From: Adineta vaga
Taxonomy: Eukaryota; Animalia; Rotifera
Direction of reading: 5' to 3'
Length of the DNA: 64,000 nucleotides
Assembly: GCA_021613535.1 (NCBI GenBank)
Contig: CP075493.1
Coordinates: forward strand, 10,230,001 to 10,294,000
In this document: positions 56,256 to 64,000 of the stretch, piece after piece
Layout of the letters: every line of letters begins with the position of its first letter
Position numbering within the stretch: position 1 is the stretch's first letter
Position numbers and translations under genes: made by a program
Notes under the pieces: generated by a model
Databases searched by the model: none
Told to the model about the DNA's origin: nothing
What the model saw: only the letters and a program-made list of their open reading frames with translations

Positions 56256-58507
56256 TTAATTGCTATGCAGCTTGATTGTTTGTGGCTGTCGAATACGACT
56301 GACCATACCAGAACGTTTATTTCTCATGATCCAACTTGGTTCAATCTCTACCATACCATTACACTTCTGTTCTCCATCTAACACTCGCAAATCTTCGATC
56401 ACACGTTCACTACCATAGTAACGATGTCGAACAGTATCATCTTGTAAACCGTGTCCCAATGTGACACATTCGATATCATTGATCCACATTGTATGTCCTT
56501 CGTCGCTTAATGCGAAACTATATACAGCTTCACATGGAATTGTTGTGAGAGAAGATACAAGTGAACATGGAAATATCCAATGAACACCATCGAGTCGAAT
56601 CGGATGCCATGGTGTGACCATCAGACCACCATCAAGCTAATGTATAGAAATAAAACAACAAAGTGGATGTTCAAGAGTAGATGAGAGATACATACAAGTA
56701 CGAATTGTGCTTGTGCATTGTTGCAAATAGTTCGAAGGACATAGTTGATAGTTGCACCATGTGGATAGAGACGATCATCACGTTGAAGATGTTTAAGAAG
56801 TTTGATTGTTCCATCAAAGAGTCGAACAGTGCATGAGCCATGAAAACATGGATTATTAGAGTCATTGAATGCTGACATATCGATAGCTGGAGAAGAAGTT
56901 GCAGTGCTTGATGAATAACCGTAACTTGTAGGTTTCGGTGCTGGTAAACCACAGAATATGTCATCCATTTCATCTCGAACAGAGTTGAAGAGTTCACCTT
57001 GACCATAATGTTGAACTCCGGGATCCTTAAAATTATTACATTGCTGGAGCAAATGAGCACCTAAAATAAGAACGGTTTGACTTTATGACACATGAGAGAA
57101 ATATATATATTTATATACATACGTGTGATACTTGGTAAATAATGAATACCCCATTTTTGAAACCAATCGAAGCGTGAAAATGCTTGTTTTACTTGACCAG
57201 TTAGGTCAGTAAGTAGATCAGTTAGATACTTGTCATCAGTTGCATCACGTCGTATTGCTTCTTCGAGAACTGCCAGGCTATGTAATACGTTTTGTTGATT
57301 TTCATCTGTTCGATTGGAACTTTCACGTAATGATTCGTAACCTCGACGAGTAATAGAAACAAATTCTAATCTATGCTTTTGTTGGTGCAATGTTTTCAAA
57401 TCGGGAGCAATCTGTGTAACTGATGTACATTGTTTATTTTTCGTACCATATGCAGATTGATAATCAAGAAAAATTTGCATTTGTTTATATTGATCTTCAC
57501 TCATTGGAATCACTACATTTCGAGTTTGACCAAAAATAATGGAACCGAAATAGAGGAATAGGCGATCATCATCTGATGACTAAAAGAGAACGATAACATG
57601 GAGCTAAGACTAGAAATTATGTTTAAGGTTATTAAATTAGAGGTTATCAGTTATGTCTGTAACTTTTTAGCAACGATTATTCTTATCGATGTGTTTTTAC
57701 CTTTTTGTCATTGTTTTCTGTTGTGAAATTACATACATAGTTCGATGTTCTATCAATTGCAGGTTGGACATGTCCAACTGTCAGTTTCAAATTAGTTCCT
57801 ACTGTTGTTAGAAGATTCGAAATTGCATTGACAAATATTGTACCAACAAAGGAACCATCTGGTATAAATGCATATGAACCAACGTTACCTATCTGTGCGA
57901 GATCTTCTAACAATTTGCTTTCTAAACTATATCCAAAACCAAATGTACTAATGGAACAGGTGAAGTTTGTTTTCTCTTTGTAAGCTGTTAATGCTGGTAA
58001 ATAGCCTTCGGGTGGATGATCACTTGGAACACCATCGGTTAATAAAAATAATGCAGTATTACTACCAGAAGCTCGTTGTCCGTTAGCTAAAACATCTAAA
58101 CCCGTTTTAAGTCCATCCCACAAGTTTGTTGTGCCTAACGTTTGGAGTTTTTCCAACTGATCAATTGACTTTGCTCGACCATCTTCATTCATTTCACGTA
58201 ATTCGAAGACAACTGCTGCTGATGAATGAAAGGTAACAACCGATAATCGATCATTTTCCGTTAAAGAATAGACTATTGTTTTAAGAGCATGTTTCACAAG
58301 ATCTAATTGAGATAAACCACTTGTTTCTTTATTATTTGCTCCTTGAATTTCAACAGCAGAGGACATAGAACCAGATATATCAACAACACAACAGATATCA
58401 CATGATGCACGAACACCCACACCTTCAGGTGGTTGTATACAAATATGTGCATACTCATCAGTCCAACTACTTGTCAATGTTAATTCAAATGATGATTCTG
58501 TAGCCAT
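56256..58507 (-). CDS. VWA-Vwaint-Hint (Vint) protein, copy A; U-box lost
   Basis: MIDAS DISGSM, LFLLTDG, TFGFGY; Vwaint [28 protein letters not shown]; Hint NPCFHG, VTPWHP, AVYSF, INDIECVTLGH. Confidence 0.88.
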
Positions 58508-59579
58508 ATTGATCGAAGGATTTACTTCCAATTGTTTTTGACGATATTCTTCGATGCTTGTAGATAATCTAGAATAAAACGAAGATCATTACGCGTCAGA
58601 GAAGCATTCGTCTATCAAATAAAAAATATTGAAATAATAATTTTATGTAAGCAAATGTCATTTTATATTAAATGAATCGCTATCAAAAGTATAAGTAGCT
58701 CAGGCATGGTGAAAAGAAGAGAAAAGAAACTGACGACTGTCAAACAGTGGCGTGTGTTTCAAATATGACGAAAACAAATACGAATGTTGACTGAAAATCA
58801 ACAAAAACATGTTTTTCTCCGCTGATAAACTCTTACATCAACTCTTTTACTTTTACTAAATAGAATTTTCTTCGCAGAATTCTAATCTAGGAGAAATTGA
58901 GTCTTAAAAGAGAATATATGAAACTTTTTCTTATTGGTGATAAGTCCAAGCTACCATATTCGTTGGACAAGGCATTAGGTAAATACGAATCAAATCACAT
59001 ATTTCATTTTCCAAGATTTCAATGTGGAGATAAAAAAGTGATTATATCTTTTTTTTCCATTTTGATAGGTAATCATACTTCATTAGCCTTTGAAGAATGA
59101 ATGGTATGTAAACATATACAATCTCGAATCTATCTTAAAATTGAGGGATAATATATATATATAAAATCAAGCACCAACGACCCAAAGCCACCTGCAAAGC
59201 ACCACTGACTAAATCTGAGTTCCAGCATTATGCGATTTGAATTCGTAAATAGTTGATCCAGAATAAATTCGTTTACAAGAACTAAGTAAGTAACCGAACA
59301 TGCTGTGAAATCCAGATGCATAAATAACTGATAATTACCGAAAACGATGACCATACGATGTTGAATATAAATTTGACACAAACTAATATTCATTGAATAA
59401 CTAGAATCTTCTTATCTCGTACTTTTACATAGCTCCATGATCATATAGAGAGTTTTTCATAGCTCTTCTCCAATTACATTACACCTTTCCACATAAATGA
59501 ATACTTTTATTACTTTTCTCTTATTCGTTTATGAGAATAGTTCTAAATAGCAACAACACTATTACAGGTTTTTTTCTTA

Positions 59580-62097
59580 TTAATCAGCAAGCAAGTTCAA
59601 TACTAGTGGTGACCGGATACGATTGACCATACCAGCACGTTTGTTCCTCATGATCCAACTTGGTTCAATCTCAACCATACCATTACACTTCTGTTCTCCA
59701 TCTAACACTCGCAAATCTTCCATCACACGCTCACTACCATAGTAACGATGTCGAACAGTATCATCTTGTAAACCGTGTCCCAATGTGACACATTCGATAT
59801 CATTGATCCACATTGTATGTCCTTCGTCGCTCAATGCGAAACTATACACAGCCTCACATGGAATTGTTGTGAAAGAAGACACAAGTGAACATGGAAATAT
59901 CCAATGAACACCATCGAGTCGAATCGGATGCCAGGGTGTGACCATCAGACCACCATCAAGCTGACGTATAGAAATAAAACAACAAAGTGGATGTTCAAGA
60001 GTAGATGAGAGTTACATACAAGTACGAATTGTGCTTGTGCATTGTTGCAAATAGTTCGAAGGACATAGTTGACAGTTGCACCATGTGGATAGAGACGATC
60101 ACCACGTTGAAGATGTTTAAGAAGTTTGATTGTTCCATCAAAGAGTCGAACAGTGCATGAGCCATGAAAACATGGATTATTAGAGTCATTGAATGCTGAC
60201 ATATCGATAGCTGTACCAGAATGTGCCCGTTTTGGAGCTGGTAAACTACAGAATACAGCATCCATTTCATCTCGAACAGAGTTGAAGAGTTCACCTTGAC
60301 CATAATGTTGAACTCCGGGATCCTTAAAATTATTACATTGCTGGAGCAAATGAGCACCTAAAATAAGAACGGTTTGACTTTATGACACATGAGAGAAATA
60401 TATATATTTATATACATACGTGTGATACTAGGTAAATAATGAATACCCCATTTTTGAAACCAATCGAAGCGTGAAAATGCTTGTTTTACTTGACCAGTTA
60501 GATCAGCAAGTAAATCCGTTTCATACTGAGCATCAGCTGTATGCTGTTGGATTGTTTCTTCCAAAAACTGAAGATTATCTAACACTTCTTTTTGATGATC
60601 ATTAAATTGAAGGAGACCTCCGCGTAGTATTTCATAACCATGACGAATATATTGAACAAATTCTAATCTATGTCTTTGTTGATTTATTATTTTGAGATCG
60701 GCTGGAACATGAGTGACTGATTTACATTGTCTGCTCTTTATGCCATATGGCGATTCATAATCGAGTAAAATCTTCATGGTTTTATATTGATCTTCTTTCA
60801 TTGGAATGATAATATCTTTGCTTTGACCAAATATAACTGAACCCAAATTAAAACAAGTACATGTATCAGATCCATAAAATAATCGTTGGAAAGAAGAACG
60901 CTAAAGTATAATAAAAGATATGTACTTTCGAAAGACGCTTTTACAATAATTACTCACTTTTTCATTGGATATTTCTGTTGAATAATTGCATACATAATTG
61001 GACGTTTGATCGATTGCTGGCGTGATATTTCCAACTCAACTTCAGATTAGTTGCTGCTGTGGTCAAAAGATTTGAGATCGCATTGACAAATATTGTACCA
61101 ACGAATGAACCATCTGGTATAAATGCATATGAACCAACGTTACCTATCTGTGCGAGATCCTCTAACAATTTACTATCTAAATTGTATCCAAAACCAAATG
61201 TATTGATGGAACAAGTAAAATTAGTTTTTGTTTTATATGCAACTAACGTTGGTAAATGTCCGCGTGGAGGTTCAACATTTGGACAGCCATCAGTCAGTAG
61301 GAAAAGTGCAACATTACTTCCGGATGGCCGTTTATCTTCAGATAAAATATCTAAACCAGTTCTTAATCCATCCCAAATATTTGTTTGCCCATCGTCAATC
61401 AGTCTTTCAAGTGCTGCTAATGCACTTGAACGACCATCACCATCCATTCGACGTAATCGAAATAGAATTGTTGCATTGTTTGAGAATGAAACAATTGATA
61501 ACCGATCATTTTGTGTTAAAGAATGAATAATGGTCTTTAGTGCATGTTTCACAAGATCTAACTGAGATAATCCAAATCTTTCTTTATTATTTGCACCTTG
61601 AATTTCAACCTCATTTGACATAGAACCGGATGTATCAACGACACAACAGATATCACATGGTGCACGCACGCCAACACCGTCATGTGGTCGAATGGATATA
61701 TTTGTATAACCATTAGACCAACTACTTGTCATTGTTAATTCCAAAGATTGATTATTGACAGTATTAGTCGAAGAATTTCTTAGTATAGTTGTTGTTACTG
61801 TTGATGGATTATTTTCTTCCAATTGTTTATGATGATATTCTTCAATACTTGCACGTAATGCACGATTTGGTCGAAGATCATTTCGAGTTACAGGCGTACG
61901 TGTCTATTAATCAATTTCTTACAGGAATATGTTTGATTTAGGTAAAAATACAGACTTACGATAGGTGAAGTTGAATGTTGTGTAAGCCAATTCTCAATTG
62001 CTGATCGTTCATAGCTATTTCCATCAGGATCAATGACAGGATCAGTCATTATTTCATGAGTTATTGGACAAATAAAACTGGATGTTACATCTGACAT
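59580..62097 (-). CDS. U-box-VWA-Vwaint-Hint (Vint) protein, copy B; apparent 2-nt deletion frameshift at ~61036
   Basis: U-box FICPITHEIMTDPVIDPDGNSYERSAIENWL..SPITR..LRPNRALRASIEEY; VWA DTSGSM; same Vwaint and Hint motifs as copy A. Confidence 0.88.
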
Positions 62098-63482
62098 TTC
62101 TTTATTATTGCAATAACACTATATTTAGAAGAAAAGTAAAATAGAATAAGTACCGTCAAACTGCGAAGAAATCGGTAAATATATATATATATATATACGT
62201 ACGCAGAATTTTGATTGACGTTAAGTAGAGAATTATTTTTGTTCTTTTCCCTTTTCTTCACATTTGAATACTTGTCATGAAACAACAATTGACGTAGAAT
62301 GACGAAGAAAATAATTATAGGGCAAAAAAATATGATGTCATTCAATATTTATGTTACTAAGTGACGATTTTCTTTTCAACACTATAATGAAATATTCACG
62401 TGCAACAAATTTGATTTGTTTTGTATTTAGAACTAATCTTTTATTTCATTTCAAACTACATCTGCCACTTTGAAATGAATTTCCGCAAAAACATCAAACA
62501 ATTGATTAATCATATTTTATTAACGAGAAGAAACAATTGTAGTTTCATTTCTTTGCACTGATTAATGATTACTAACGAAATACTGATCATATTCCGATAT
62601 GAGGTAGGAGCGAGAGTGCTGTTTTTGATTGTAATATATAAAAAGTAAAATTCTTTTCCCATAAGAATTGTTTCCTATTTTGTTCGACTGACTTTTTAAC
62701 AATTTCAAATGTATCTTAGATCCATATCATACGCAGGATCGTATGTCTCTTTTTTCTTTTGTTCATTTATAAATATTACTAGAAAAAAATATCTGTTTCC
62801 TCAGATTGTATTAGGCAGTTGAAGTAGTTTCAAATAATTTTCCTTTGTCTACATCATTCTTCTGCTTTCTCTATATTTCTTTCAGAATATTCGTTTTATT
62901 TTGAAACGATTTACGTAGACTGCTTTCCTGTAAAGAATCAGAATGTGCAGCATAAATGGTACATATTTGTCATGAATATTATCTAATATGAGCGAAACGA
63001 AATCTGCTACGTTACTTACTATGCTATTACGTTTGATTCGATCTGAATTGTTCAATGATGATTGTAGATGCTTGATATATTTCCAAGCACAGATCATCTT
63101 ATAAAACTGCTAACCATCAGCCAAGAATTCAGATTACAACCAAAAACTATAAACCGATATGTGAGGGGAGTGAGTTTATTGCATGATGAGAATGAGATGG
63201 AACACACACACATAAGTAGAAGATACTGCTTTTATATACTATCTGTGATCACATGTACATGACTCAAAGCATCCGATCCATATACACATGACTCATGAGT
63301 TATCATGGCTGAAGGCCATGAAACGATAGGATGACCAGAAATCCATGACAGGTATTTAAGAGTTTCCAAAAAAATTGATCTGGCGCTTTTTTTGTCGTTG
63401 AAACGAAAATTAAGAATGGTTGCTATCGTTTCACTCAGATATTAGATAAACAACGACAAATATTCAGTATAAGAACGCGTCC

Positions 63483-64000
63483 ATATTTCATTCTCATAAT
63501 CATATATCTTTCTTGCCGTATTCAACTACATACATACATACATACAATCGCAGATGCTACAATAGTTACCCTATATTTATAACAAACCTTGACCATCTAT
63601 ATCCATTTTTCAAAGAAAAGAAAAAGAACCATCTCATACTGAATATTGACATGTATATTTGTACATATATGAGCTCATCTATACACCATCAGTAAACATT
63701 ACCTCGTGTGCACAACTACCATACACACACACACACACACACGCATATATATATATATACATTCATTCATATGTGAACGTGATTCTTATTGAGTATTCGA
63801 TTCTCTTTTTCGCATCACAATTTTATAATATTACTCTCTCTCTCTCTCTCTCTCTCTCGTTCTTTCAATGTTCAAATGACATGGCTCAAGGTATAACCAT
63901 TACTACTTTGAAACTTAATCATTTTTCAATACCTCCCTCTTTTCGTTCCAGTTTCTATGTCTAATGACCATCATCATCATTTGTTTCAATCAATGACTGA
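63483..64000. repeat. Second copy of 54735-55259; includes ATG at ~63956 of a second membrane-protein gene copy running off the window
   Basis: Direct sequence match up to the window end. Confidence 0.95.

Noticed and set aside
58897-59393. ORF fragments between the Vint copies as a transposase relic
   Set aside because: No catalytic motif, TIR or TSD identified
63250-63350. CATGA-rich patch with CATGGC-TGAAG-GCCATG hairpin as a ribozyme or TE end
   Set aside because: Core is CUGAAGG rather than CUGANGA; no TSD or partner end found

Overview
AT-rich eukaryotic DNA with very short (~45-65 nt) GT-AG introns and high gene density. Gene content, intron size and a TGTGGG-type telomeric motif best fit a bdelloid rotifer, probably Adineta (inference, not verified). 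Genes in order: POU4, DGCR6, ANO10, RPL13, COX11, a GPCR relic, an intronless bacterial-type N-acylglucosamine 2-epimerase, two MFSD5-like transporters, an F-box gene, a multi-CUB/LDLa membrane protein and phospholipase D. Next is a ~10 kb block containing only decayed genes (ENT, TTLL5 and others). It is followed by an AGPAT3/4 acyltransferase, a small basic His-rich ORF, an aerolysin/LIN-24-like pore-forming-fold protein, two PEBPs, an EF-hand protein, a single-pass membrane protein and two VWA-Vwaint-Hint (Vint) genes. Main highlights: (1) The pseudogene block (34288-44363) is flanked by a ~370 bp direct duplication. It opens with GGGTGTGGGTGT next to a minus-strand hammerhead-core motif (CUGAGGA plus hairpin), as expected for an Athena/Terminon 3' end at a healed chromosome break. 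(2) The two Hint-domain genes, a family not typical of animals, show complementary domain loss. (3) Tandem paralogues show patchy near-identity suggesting gene conversion. (4) Single small frameshifts in otherwise intact POU4, PLD and Vint genes need read-level checking. All calls come from manual reading and motif recall; no searches were run.
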